From a virus: a stretch of 64,000 bases of DNA. This document shows positions 32,387-41,250 of this stretch, in pieces; position 1 is the stretch's first letter, and each line of letters starts with the position of its first letter. The stretch is taken from the IMG/VR virus record IMGVR_UViG_3300037521_000114, positions 37,195 to 101,194 of that record, one strand, 5' to 3'. The position numbers were made by a program, and so were the translations under genes. Under the pieces are notes generated by a model. The model had not been told where the DNA came from, made no database searches, and worked only from the letters and a program-made list of their open reading frames with translations.

Positions 32387-34615
32387 TTATGAAATTTTTA
32401 GCTTATCAGTCTTAATAAAATCCATTATTGTTTTAGAGTCATATTTACTTGGACCAGTAATATGACGGTTAAAAAATGGATCACCAGTTATCTGTTCGAC
32501 TTTCTTATCTCTCACGTAACGCTTGAACTGTAAGCGATCCTCACGATATATCATAAGCAATATTAGAGATGATATATCATCGAAGTTATCCTGTGGATTC
32601 CATCCAATAATTTCTTTTAAAAGAGGTATCGAACGGATTTTGTCCAGATTCGTTACCTCTGATCCTTCCTCTTCTCCGTAAGCAGTAGCACTCATCCATT
32701 CTACTGCACGTTGCAGTCCGTATAAGATAACAGGAGTGGAGCCGTAAGTTCCTTTACTATTATTCCCAAACGTATTAGCCTTGCTAATGCCTTTATCTTT
32801 AAGGATTTCCGGTTCATCAATAAGTAGATGAAGCTGTGCTCTGTTGTACAGATACCCGTAAATACCTTTCTTATTTCTTTCGTAATTGGCTGTCGCATTG
32901 TAATATTTCAGAATCCTGCGACAAGTTTCAAAGAATTGATCTGCGGTTGCAGGTCTGCCTTTGTAATGACAGACAATTCTATCGGTAAGTAAATCCATTA
33001 CAATGATGGAACCCACCGAGTTAGTGGTGGATTCATCATCATCATAAGGGTCAATAGCAGCTATATAACGACCAAATTGAATTTCACCTGCTTCGTTAGT
33101 TATAGGCTGCTCATATATTTCAATAACTCCCGGTTTCTTGTTATCCTTGATAGGATATTCACGCAAGGGAATACCAGTAGTATTATATTCAAATTTTATA
33201 CGTTGGCTAAGAGGATCAACAATAAGGTCAGCCAACCAAATACTATCAACAAATTTGCTCTGGTTTGTGAGAATGTGTGATAGCCGAGCTGATGCCCTGA
33301 CCGTATCGAACATAGTCCCCTGTACCCTGAGGAACGCTTCTGAAGGGGTCTTTGGCTGCTGTGTAATGAATTTATTGTAAGCGGCACGAGAACCTCTTCT
33401 ACGTTTTTCTCGCTTCTCATCAAGCGAAAGCTCTGCAATTTGTCTGTGTGAGTTACCTTCCTTATCCACATAAGGAAGGACTTCCTGTTTTTCCTTGCCA
33501 TTGATGTAGTGTTTTATTGTCCTACTACCGGGATAGTACCACATGTCATCTATAAACCATCCGCAATCTCCGGTTGCGTTTTCATCGTAAATATTTTCGT
33601 AAGCCTTTAATCCGTAGGAACTTGGATCATAAAACATCTCTGCAAAATCCTTCGTACCTCTTTCCATATCACCACCTGTTCCCCATATCAAAGGGATTCC
33701 AGTCATAATCTCTCCATCTCGAAACGTTGGTTCAGAGATGGTATAAGCAGTCAGGAGGTGTTCAAATTTACCAGCTTCTTCAAATCCCATAACGTCGATG
33801 GATTCTCCAATGGATTTGAATGGGTTATCCTTAAACGATACCGCTTGAACTTCAGACATATATCCATCTTCCACGTCGATTCCTGTCGCAGGATCACGCA
33901 TGATAAAAGAGGCTCGGAAGTGATCTCTCTTGGATAGTTTTCCTTGTTTCTTCCCCCAATCAGTAATCCTGTTAAGATGGTTGATCGAAAAATGGATACC
34001 ATCAAGCGTGACTTTATAATGCCCTTTCTCGTAGGCTGCGAGAATATTGGTTGATGCTGGAACGAAATTGTAATTGTACGCATATACTCCTGATGAAACT
34101 TGATAAGTAAATCCTTTACGTCGAGACTTCGCAATAATCATTCCCTGTTTGATATTCTGTTTATAGGGTCCTTCTGCTGCACATTGCTCGAACTCGTTGA
34201 ACCAGTAGAAGTTATGATCTAAAAATCGTGGAAGGGTGATGATCTTTCGGTTCTCTCCGACTTTTTCCGCACCTGTATTAGGGTCAATCGGTCTTGCTTT
34301 GATGAGACAAAAGTTGAGGTAAAAGTAGTGTCTTCCTGTAACACGTACACCTCCCACGCTATACCCATTGAGAACTCTATATTCTTGTTCATCCCAATAA
34401 TCGTTGTAGTCTTTTGATCCGTATGGAGCATCAGTGTAGTAGCCATGTCTAAGGAAATGTCTCCCTTCTTCCTGAAACACAGCACTATTGATGAACTTCA
34501 GGTAGTCCTGATTAGAGTTTCGAATCGGATTCTGAAACTCTTCTCCCCACGGTTTAGCTACAATTATACTCATATCATTATCCTCGTCTTTCAGGTGGTA
34601 ACTCTCGCTGTCCAA
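32387..34615 (-). CDS. terL: Terminase large subunit
   Basis: Walker A-like KSRRKGFTY, FEEAGKF (Walker B), GTGG, IDPYDDD nuclease motif, C-terminal NFDD. Confidence 0.95.
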   Translation of the reverse strand: MDSESYHLKDEDNDMSIIVAKPWGEEFQNPIRNSNQDYLKFINSAVFQEEGRHFLRHGYYTDAPYGSKDYNDYWDEQEYRVLNGYSVGGVRVTGRHYFYLNFCLIKARPIDPNTGAEKVGENRKIITLPRFLDHNFYWFNEFEQCAAEGPYKQNIKQGMIIAKSRRKGFTYQVSSGVYAYNYNFVPASTNILAAYEKGHYKVTLDGIHFSINHLNRITDWGKKQGKLSKRDHFRASFIMRDPATGIDVEDGYMSEVQAVSFKDNPFKSIGESIDVMGFEEAGKFEHLLTAYTISEPTFRDGEIMTGIPLIWGTGGDMERGTKDFAEMFYDPSSYGLKAYENIYDENATGDCGWFIDDMWYYPGSRTIKHYINGKEKQEVLPYVDKEGNSHRQIAELSLDEKREKRRRGSRAAYNKFITQQPKTPSEAFLRVQGTMFDTVRASARLSHILTNQSKFVDSIWLADLIVDPLSQRIKFEYNTTGIPLREYPIKDNKKPGVIEIYEQPITNEAGEIQFGRYIAAIDPYDDDESTTNSVGSIIVMDLLTDRIVCHYKGRPATADQFFETCRRILKYYNATANYERNKKGIYGYLYNRAQLHLLIDEPEILKDKGISKANTFGNNSKGTYGSTPVILYGLQRAVEWMSATAYGEEEGSEVTNLDKIRSIPLLKEIIGWNPQDNFDDISSLILLMIYREDRLQFKRYVRDKKVEQITGDPFFNRHITGPSKYDSKTIMDFIKTDKLKIS

Positions 34616-35126
34616 TCTCAGTACGTCCTCGAAGCTGCATAGTATCAGTGAGTTCTTTTTCTACCTCGTCCCTAAGTATTTTGAGAGATTTAACCATATC
34701 ACCCATTGATTTTATATTGGCAATAAAATTCTTAGCTGCAACTCCATTCTCGTCTTCATCAAAATTAGGTTCTCTAAAATAATCTCGAAGTTTTGTGAGT
34801 CCAATCTCGACATCATTGAGAAGTTGCATTGAAAGAGTTGTCTGAAGCTGCTGATACGTAGTGATAGCTTCCATTATCTTGGAATCAGGCTTCCATTCTC
34901 GTTCACCAAAGATATCAAGTCTAACTTTAGATTCTCGTGTGTCGATGTGATAATTCCGATATATTGACTGGTAATCACAAGAATGATAAACGTAAGCAAG
35001 CTCCGAGAGTGCCTTATCTTTCTTAGTTGAACGATCCCGATTCCAGATTACTTTGAACTCCTTGATCATTAACGCTTCCGGAGAGATTGTTAGGACTCCT
35101 CTTTCTATACTTATTAGATTTTTCAT
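34578..35126 (-). CDS. Conserved protein upstream of TerL (possible terminase small subunit)
   Basis: 182 aa helical; RDRS..K..A..ELAYVY motif; synteny. Confidence 0.5.
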   Translation of the reverse strand: MKNLISIERGVLTISPEALMIKEFKVIWNRDRSTKKDKALSELAYVYHSCDYQSIYRNYHIDTRESKVRLDIFGEREWKPDSKIMEAITTYQQLQTTLSMQLLNDVEIGLTKLRDYFREPNFDEDENGVAAKNFIANIKSMGDMVKSLKILRDEVEKELTDTMQLRGRTEIGQRELPPERRG

Positions 35127-35346
35127 TCTCTGGTTTTAAATATCGTTTTCTACCTTCCTTTACTCTGAATACTCCAAACTTAAATAGTCGTATTGTATCG
35201 AAGATCAGGTTCTTACGATCTCCTTTACTCATCTGCTGTGCAGTAAACCTGAAGAATGAAGCAGTTATTTCATTAACCTGTTTAACCGAAAGGTCCTCTT
35301 TTTCAGCAATCCCACGGATAGTATCTCGTGTACGCTTACTCTTCAT
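35023..35346 (-). CDS. HU/IHF-like DNA-binding protein
   Basis: IRGIAEKEDLSVKQVNEI...IRLFKFGVFRVK matches the HU signature. Confidence 0.75.
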   Translation of the reverse strand: MKSKRTRDTIRGIAEKEDLSVKQVNEITASFFRFTAQQMSKGDRKNLIFDTIRLFKFGVFRVKEGRKRYLKPENEKSNKYRKRSPNNLSGSVNDQGVQSNLESGSFN

Positions 35347-35644
35347 TTTTATCCTTCTTCATTTCCTTGACATCCTCCTTGAGCTTCTTGGTAGTAGTAC
35401 CCAAAGAGGTTTGGATCATTGCCACATACATCATGCTTCCTTCAATCACAACCTCATGACGGACAGTGGTTTTACCCTTTTGTTTTTCACGCTTCCCGAA
35501 CAATTCTACAAGATTTTTCGAAGCCTTCTCAAGTTCCTTGGGTGTTCCTTTGTACACCTTGACCGTTGTCAGAGATTCCTGAGAATCTAAATGAAATTTC
35601 TTTATGTTGGAGAAACCTGAATTTATATTTTTGATTGATTTCAT
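35336..35644 (-). CDS. Hypothetical protein
   Basis: 102 aa ORF in the operon; true start may be downstream. Confidence 0.4.
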   Translation of the reverse strand: MKSIKNINSGFSNIKKFHLDSQESLTTVKVYKGTPKELEKASKNLVELFGKREKQKGKTTVRHEVVIEGSMMYVAMIQTSLGTTTKKLKEDVKEMKKDKNEE

Positions 35645-35924
35645 CTTTTGTAAGTAAACCGTGTTGACGTAATTCCTTATAAATATTATAGAGATTAGCT
35701 TTGGAAATACCTACCGACATTGCGATTTCCTCTTTGACCTTATAATCAAACAGTTGTGATTCATCACCACCATTCTTATTGATCAAGTGAAGCTGATAGA
35801 GCATGGCTCCAAAGACATCACGCTCTCTTTTTCGCAACTGGTTAAATGGAGCAAATACTATCAGCACTTCGATGAGTTGGTGAAAGTACTTCTCCGGTTC
35901 AGTCTTAATATTAAATTTTAGCAT
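35529..35924 (-). CDS. HTH DNA-binding protein
   Basis: KEEIAMSVGISKANLYNIYKELRQHGLL winged-HTH pattern. Confidence 0.7.
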   Translation of the reverse strand: MLKFNIKTEPEKYFHQLIEVLIVFAPFNQLRKRERDVFGAMLYQLHLINKNGGDESQLFDYKVKEEIAMSVGISKANLYNIYKELRQHGLLTKDEINQKYKFRFLQHKEISFRFSGISDNGQGVQRNTQGT

Positions 35925-36319
35925 CAGTTAAGAATGATATTATTCAGTCTACTTTTGCTAAATGGGTGGATGAGAATAGCCTCTGCATCTTCTTGCTTTG
36001 CAGCTCTGGAAGCCATAATAGTATTTGTTAGGAGTGTCGTACCAAGCAGCATGAAATCAGCAAGAATCTTTCCAACAAAATCAGACTCTACATCATCTGC
36101 TGCATACGCTGAATCCATACGCATACTCTTCTTATAAACACTTCCAAGCGTCTTTGAGAGAATCTCAAATACAAGCATAATGCGTTCAGTATCTTCTTCT
36201 TCGCCAATAAAATACTCAACCTTATACCCGAAGATTGGAGGAAAGGCTTTCTCAAGAAGTTCCGCAATCTGTGAAACCATCTCATTATTCCTGTTTTCTA
36301 TTACCCTCATCTTACCCAT
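35924..36319 (-). CDS. Hypothetical protein
   Basis: 131 aa; coupled to the downstream gene. Confidence 0.6.
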   Translation of the reverse strand: MGKMRVIENRNNEMVSQIAELLEKAFPPIFGYKVEYFIGEEEDTERIMLVFEILSKTLGSVYKKSMRMDSAYAADDVESDFVGKILADFMLLGTTLLTNTIMASRAAKQEDAEAILIHPFSKSRLNNIILN

Positions 36320-36323
36320 TTAA

Positions 36324-36331
36324 CAAATGTA
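36324..36331 (-). promoter_or_regulatory. Bacteroidota-type -7 box TACATTTG
   Basis: TAnnTTTG immediately upstream of the ATG at 36319 (possibly a leaderless mRNA). Confidence 0.4.
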
Positions 36332-36338
36332 CGACATT

Positions 36339-36731
36339 TTAAGATTCCCTTGGTTTACCAACTTTCGGGATAACAATTTCAGGTGCTTTTTCACCAGCAG
36401 CTTTCTCAGCTTCCTCTCGCTGAGTTGCAATCAGAGCTTCTCGTTCCTTATGAATCTTCATAGCCTCAGCCTGTTCGATTGCCTCAAGTTCTTCAACCTT
36501 GGGAATCATGTCACGCCATTTAACCTTCGCATCATAATAACGAATGTTAAGCTCAAGCTCCTCGACTTGAAGACGCTTGAGTTCAACATTCTCTCGGAGA
36601 CCCTTCTTGTAAGCGGAAAGTCTCACTGACTCTTCCTTCTTGAACCGCTTCATTGCAGCCTCCTGCTGTGCAGGGGTCATTTTCATTTCTACAGTTTTAC
36701 CTGCTTCTTTCACTTCTTCTTCTCCACTCAT
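36339..36731 (-). CDS. Hypothetical coiled-coil protein
   Basis: 130 aa, E/K-rich. Confidence 0.6.
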   Translation of the reverse strand: MSGEEEVKEAGKTVEMKMTPAQQEAAMKRFKKEESVRLSAYKKGLRENVELKRLQVEELELNIRYYDAKVKWRDMIPKVEELEAIEQAEAMKIHKEREALIATQREEAEKAAGEKAPEIVIPKVGKPRES

Positions 36732-36749
36732 AACAATTTTTGTTAGTGT

Positions 36750-37004
36750 TTAATAATTATATTTATTAGCCTTCGTTTCTATTTTTTTATTCTGATAGTT
36801 CTTGGCATTTTCTCCCTTGAAGTACGGAATCGTTATGGGACCTTTCTCCTTAACAACAGGACGTTGATTACCACAACCTTTACAGCTCGCTTCGTCAGCT
36901 TCAAGTTTATTAGTTATCTCATCATACTTGAATCTAACGTGCGCTATTAGCTCCTCGATTCCATAATACTCACAGTCGATGTCATCACATTTAAATGTCG
37001 GCAT
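36750..37004 (-). CDS. Small zinc-ribbon protein
   Basis: Likely start MPTFKCDDIDC at 37004; Cx4C and CxxC pairs. Confidence 0.6.
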   Translation of the reverse strand: MPTFKCDDIDCEYYGIEELIAHVRFKYDEITNKLEADEASCKGCGNQRPVVKEKGPITIPYFKGENAKNYQNKKIETKANKYNY

Positions 37005-37353
37005 TGGTTTTTGCGTTTTTAATGTAAATTTTCCATTTATGAATTTCCTTATTCCTCTGAATACGAGGATTCTCTTGACGAGCCTTGAACTCCTTGGATA
37101 CCTTCTGTGAATAGGAACTGATACGAGCATCAATATCCTCCACAGGAAACAGTCGTTCGGTAAACGATTCATATCCGTATTTATTTATAGTCATAAACCT
37201 TACACGTACCTCTTTCCCATCAGAGTACACACCTGCTGTCTTCCAAGTACTCAAGAATTTAGCGTAGAATCTCACAAGCCTATCCAAGTAGATAAGTTTA
37301 CAAACGAGGTCTTGATGTACACCTCCATTGATAAGTTTGAAAACTTTGAGCAT
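36991..37353 (-). CDS. Hypothetical protein
   Basis: 120 aa ORF preceded by a promoter box. Confidence 0.55.
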   Translation of the reverse strand: MLKVFKLINGGVHQDLVCKLIYLDRLVRFYAKFLSTWKTAGVYSDGKEVRVRFMTINKYGYESFTERLFPVEDIDARISSYSQKVSKEFKARQENPRIQRNKEIHKWKIYIKNAKTNADI

Positions 37354-37369
37354 AACAAATAGTGTTTGT

Positions 37370-37377
37370 CAAAGCTA
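37370..37377 (-). promoter_or_regulatory. Bacteroidota-type -7 box TAGCTTTG
   Basis: TAnnTTTG 17 nt upstream of the 37353 start; a second box (TACTTTTG) lies at 37451-37458. Confidence 0.5.
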
Positions 37378-37482
37378 ATGAAAAATATTATATGAAAAAA
37401 CCCCCTTCAGGACGAAGGAGGCTTTGATCATGACAAAAGATGTATTATGACAAAAGTAGAATGTATTGTAAATGTACGAAAA

Positions 37483-38514
37483 TTATGTGGTTCTCACGGT
37501 TGCTGCATCAATTAACGTACTCCAATATCCAGTATCACCATTATAAAAGAGTGAGAGTGTCCAGTATTTATCTGCCTCAGGATTGGTAACAGTCTCATTA
37601 AGAAGAAGAGTTCCTAATGTACCTGCACGTACCTTTACCTGAACATCAAAGGTAGTTCGTCCTTCACCACTCAGTCTCATATCTATATATAAAAGTCTAC
37701 TTACACCAGCAGTCTCAAAATTGATCAAATTAAAATCATAGTCTGTATCACTATCTTCAACATCAACACTTACATCAATTAAGAAGTAATCACATAATGG
37801 AATATTATAAGCAACAGTTCTTCCAACCGAGACTGAGGAAACATCAGTGTACGTTTCTGTCACACCGGGAGCAACATTTGTACTTAACAATCCTGAAGCA
37901 TTAACAGTTACTTGTCGTTGTCCTGATCCTGCAAGAGAAAGTAATGTAAAACCAGAAGCAGTTAATCTAAGTAAATCTGTAGCTGCATCGAATATTCCTT
38001 CAATATTGGTTATAGCAAAAGCAAGAGGACTTAAATCAAGACCTATTGACCATCTATAAGTCACATTATCATAGAATCGGATTTGTCCATCATTAGCAAC
38101 TCTACTTTGAATTTCAATATATCCTGCACCCGGATATAGTGTTCTGAATACTGCAATACTTGCTAATGAACCATCATTTTTAACATAAAGTACACCTTCT
38201 TCAACAGTGAGATCACCTGCGGTCAGCTTCACACTATTATTGATGTCCATCCCATCAGTATCAGTCAGCCTGAATAGAGTCGTTGCTCCGACAAGGCTCA
38301 CTCGGAAAATACCATTGTGCATGGTCATCTCGCTCGTACCAGTAGATAACTCAAGATCACCAACGAGTGTAGAAAGACCTGTTACATGAAGGTCTTCACC
38401 AGCCTGTAGTCTACCTGATGCAATAATATCATACCGTGTACCACCAGTAAAGGATGTAACTATATTACCACCAACAGATTCAATTCCTCCAAATATCGTT
38501 TTTCTAACTAGCAT
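37483..38514 (-). CDS. Accessory fibre-like (tail or head fibre) protein
   Basis: 343 aa beta-rich; DGQIRFYDNVTYRWSIGLD and LAGSGQRQVTVNASGLL resemble modules in the C-terminal part of the giant fibre. Confidence 0.55.
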   Translation of the reverse strand: MLVRKTIFGGIESVGGNIVTSFTGGTRYDIIASGRLQAGEDLHVTGLSTLVGDLELSTGTSEMTMHNGIFRVSLVGATTLFRLTDTDGMDINNSVKLTAGDLTVEEGVLYVKNDGSLASIAVFRTLYPGAGYIEIQSRVANDGQIRFYDNVTYRWSIGLDLSPLAFAITNIEGIFDAATDLLRLTASGFTLLSLAGSGQRQVTVNASGLLSTNVAPGVTETYTDVSSVSVGRTVAYNIPLCDYFLIDVSVDVEDSDTDYDFNLINFETAGVSRLLYIDMRLSGEGRTTFDVQVKVRAGTLGTLLLNETVTNPEADKYWTLSLFYNGDTGYWSTLIDAATVRTT

Positions 38515-38968
38515 AGCTCATGATTTTTGCGGTGAAAGTGAAGTGTAACGTATTACCACTATTGTTGGTAACTCGCATTATGAGTTCAGCACCAACAACC
38601 AGAAACTCAATATCAATATTTTGTGGTTGAGAAGCTGAAGTATAGGTACATTCTCTGGTCCAGATGAGTTGTGGCTTATTAACGTGCTCAGAAGAGTTAT
38701 TGACCTCTAAGGTTCCTACCTCATCCTGATTCGGACTGATAGCAGAGGATGTAGGAAACTTCCCTTTATAATCAATGAAAACAGCATCAATATCTTTCGA
38801 CTGTCCAAGAGTAATGTCAGTAGAGACTCCAAATGTAATCTCAGGTACTTCTACTCCTCTGGTAAGGTTATTGATCTCATCCACTATCATATTGAGCTGA
38901 AGACCTTTAGCATCAAAGGTATCATCAGGTGTAGCGTATGGGTAATTTACATTTCTAAATTTATCCAT
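38504..38968 (-). CDS. Hypothetical structural protein (fibre-associated?)
   Basis: 154 aa; LNMIVDEIN helix followed by a beta domain; overlaps the downstream gene. Confidence 0.5.
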   Translation of the reverse strand: MDKFRNVNYPYATPDDTFDAKGLQLNMIVDEINNLTRGVEVPEITFGVSTDITLGQSKDIDAVFIDYKGKFPTSSAISPNQDEVGTLEVNNSSEHVNKPQLIWTRECTYTSASQPQNIDIEFLVVGAELIMRVTNNSGNTLHFTFTAKIMSYAS

Positions 38969-39186
38969 GATTCATATAGTTTTGTCGAAGTTACAAAATA
39001 ATCGGTTTCACGTCAACTGGTTATGGTGACATAGAGGGGTATGATGATACAGACTGGTCGATCATCCCATAAGCAAAGGTATTGATTATCTTAAATATTA
39101 GTGCTAACTTCGTCAGCGATACACACGGAATTAAAACCCATACTTTTTTTTCTTTATGTCACTTTCTTTGTTTGGAAGAATAGTTT

Positions 39187-39624
39187 CTACTTCAAATAAT
39201 ACTTCTGAGATTCTCCTGTCTCATAATCATGAACAGAGATGAACTGCCTGTTATCAGCAGGATTAGACCTGATCTGAAACACTACAAAGTAATCGAACAC
39301 AAAAGCAAGTTGTACACCTTCCGCAGTCTCCCTGATATCAACATCGTGGTCTATGCCGTTCTCATCCGTTATTTGCCTGAGAATCGTACTGTCTGTGTTA
39401 TCCGTCATGAGTCTGAGTAAATCCCACGTAAATTCTTGGCTATGAATGAGATCATGAATCTGATGACTCATAACTGAGTCATTATCTATGAGTTCTCGCC
39501 TGTGCTCTGGATATTGAACAATAACTTTTGCTTTTTTGAATACCGTCACAAGACTCACTCCAAAAAGAAGTATGAGGATGGTACTTACTGTACCTATAAT
39601 CTTTATGAGGTCTTTGATTTTCAT
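39187..39624 (-). CDS. Hypothetical membrane protein
   Basis: N-terminal TM helix; first gene of the minus-strand block. Confidence 0.55.
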   Translation of the reverse strand: MKIKDLIKIIGTVSTILILLFGVSLVTVFKKAKVIVQYPEHRRELIDNDSVMSHQIHDLIHSQEFTWDLLRLMTDNTDSTILRQITDENGIDHDVDIRETAEGVQLAFVFDYFVVFQIRSNPADNRQFISVHDYETGESQKYYLK

Positions 39625-39802
39625 AAGGGTAAGTTACGCCTTTTTTTAAAATAAATTTTTCTTTCAGCACGACAGCTCCGACTCTTTTCTCTGAGGAGAA
39701 TAATTTTTTTATTTCAACTCGCAAGTGCTGACTATCTTAGCAAATACCCACACTAAGTTTTGGAGTTGGCTCACGCCCCCTCCAAATATAATACTGCGTA
39801 TT

Positions 39803-40090
39803 ATGAAGATGAAAGTCATCGAAATTGGCAGCACTGAATCCGAAGCCGGAAACATTGCTGTCAAAATACGTGCTGATATTATCACTACGACTGTCGTCGG
39901 TGATAATAAGCAGCAGGTCACTTACTATCTTAGCACACAGGCTAAGACAGTAAGCGTCAAGGTTGACGATTTCGTTGAAATCGACCTTGATCTCTACACC
40001 ATCGTGATTCGTAACTACGAATACACTGATGATGCAGGAGACCTGCAAGTTGCTCCTCTTAAATGGCTCGTTCCGAAGCCAGTTAAGTAG
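39803..40090 (+). CDS. Hypothetical small beta protein, first plus-strand gene
   Basis: Likely start MKMKVIEIG at 39803; strongly biased codons. Confidence 0.6.
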   Translation: MKMKVIEIGSTESEAGNIAVKIRADIITTTVVGDNKQQVTYYLSTQAKTVSVKVDDFVEIDLDLYTIVIRNYEYTDDAGDLQVAPLKWLVPKPVK

Positions 40091-40278
40091 TCGCATCCAG
40101 CGCGTGGTCTGCATTGCAAGGCAATGACAGTCCCGGCAGTTGCAACTCACTGTCGTGAGTAATCAAGAGTTGCATTCTCGTGTATTTGCATAGTCTTTCC
40201 CATCCTATTTGACCACAGTGATGGTAACTATGTAAATGCGCTCATTATAATTAACATAGCGTTTATGTTGATTACCCT

Positions 40279-40351
40279 CTCGTTTGAGCGAGTATAAACC
40301 AGTGTGATTAAGCTCAAAGCGTCAATGTATTTATCATACATTGGGTTCACA
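40279..40351 (+). ncRNA. Pistol self-cleaving ribozyme (copy 1)
   Basis: P1 CUCG/CGAG with loop UUUGAG pseudoknotted to CUCAAA; UAUAAA linker; P2 UGUGA/UCACA; UUAAG; GCG; P3 UCAAUGUAU/AUACAUUGG; G-U cleavage site at 40345/40346. Confidence 0.9.
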
Positions 40352-40625
40352 AATAGTACATTCAGCCTAATCAATGCTCATAGTAGCCTCTTGTAAGGTT
40401 GGATGTGCTTATTACACGCCAATGTGTTGAAGGACGTTACACATTGGGCATTTACCTAACTCTTAGTGGATTGTACATTAAGCTAAGAGGACAGCCAGAG
40501 GGTTGGAAGTGCACATTCAATGTCCCAGAACCTGAGCAACGCTGATAAAAGGCTCATTTACTCCTGTACCTTACAATTACTACCAGACGCAGGTTGCAAG
40601 TTATCTGGCAGGAGTATTTTTATTA

Positions 40626-40693
40626 CTCGTTTGAGCGAGAATACAGTCCTTAGGCTCAAAGCGTTATCAATTCACATAGAATTGATAGGTGGA
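40626..40693 (+). ncRNA. Pistol self-cleaving ribozyme (copy 2)
   Basis: CUCGUUUGAGCGAG...UCC UUAGG CUCAAA GCG; P3 UUAUCAAUUC/GAAUUGAUAG; G-U at 40689/40690; short P2 UCC/GGA. Confidence 0.8.
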
Positions 40694-40712
40694 ACCAATA
40701 CAATCTGTTATT

Positions 40713-40961
40713 ATGAGTAGATTTATATTCTTCGTCCTTGTGGCGATAGCAATGGTAGCTTGCGAGCCACCAAAGAGTCAGCAAAGAACCAGAGCTGTTG
40801 TTCTTGACTCAGTTGACAAACAGCTTAGTACTGGTCATCATCAGTACAAACTCTCATACATTAGCTACGGTGTAGTTGATTATGAGTTTAGTTATTTCCA
40901 ATATGAGATTGGTGATACAATCTTAGTTCTTGATAAGTTTAGAGGAAGGGATATCCGATGA
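40713..40961 (+). CDS. Small putative lipoprotein
   Basis: Start MSRFIFFVLVAIAMVAC: hydrophobic signal plus lipobox-like VAC. Confidence 0.55.
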   Translation: MSRFIFFVLVAIAMVACEPPKSQQRTRAVVLDSVDKQLSTGHHQYKLSYISYGVVDYEFSYFQYEIGDTILVLDKFRGRDIR

Positions 40962-41116
40962 TAGATAAGATGTTTATCAGGGAGAAGGAATCATTCTTTA
41001 TTCCCTTTCCTCATATCGGAGCTGTACTTGGAATCAAATACAATGTATCTGATTTCCAAATACGTAACTATGGAACTCGTGAAATCATTGATTACGAGAG
41101 AATCTTCTATAACTGA
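40958..41116 (+). CDS. Small hypothetical protein (52 aa)
   Basis: Below ORF-track cutoff; ATGA and TGATG coupling to both neighbours. Confidence 0.45.
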   Translation: MIDKMFIREKESFFIPFPHIGAVLGIKYNVSDFQIRNYGTREIIDYERIFYN

Positions 41117-41250
41117 TGATTGTAACTGTCAATTACTGTCCTAAATGCGGTAATAACACCGCTAAGGATGGTATTTGTGGTTCAAGGAACTGCAAATACA
41201 ATGCTAAACATATTCAAGCATTAAATCTTGTTAAAGAAAGGCAATTATGA
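41116..41250 (+). CDS. Small zinc-finger protein (44 aa)
   Basis: MIVTVNYCPKCGNNTAKDGICGSRNC; coupled start and stop. Confidence 0.5.
   Translation: MIVTVNYCPKCGNNTAKDGICGSRNCKYNAKHIQALNLVKERQL

Noticed and set aside
699-39624. Stop-codon reassignment (TAG/TGA), common in some Crassvirales
   Set aside because: Late genes are full length and densely packed in the standard code; no suppressor tRNA seen.
40355-40620. Twister, twister-sister or hammerhead ribozymes
   Set aside because: Isolated words (GCTCAT, TGCAAG) occur, but I could not build the full consensus structures.
40279-40693. CRISPR mini-array or simple direct repeat
   Set aside because: Only two partial copies about 350 nt apart; the conserved blocks match the pistol ribozyme core.
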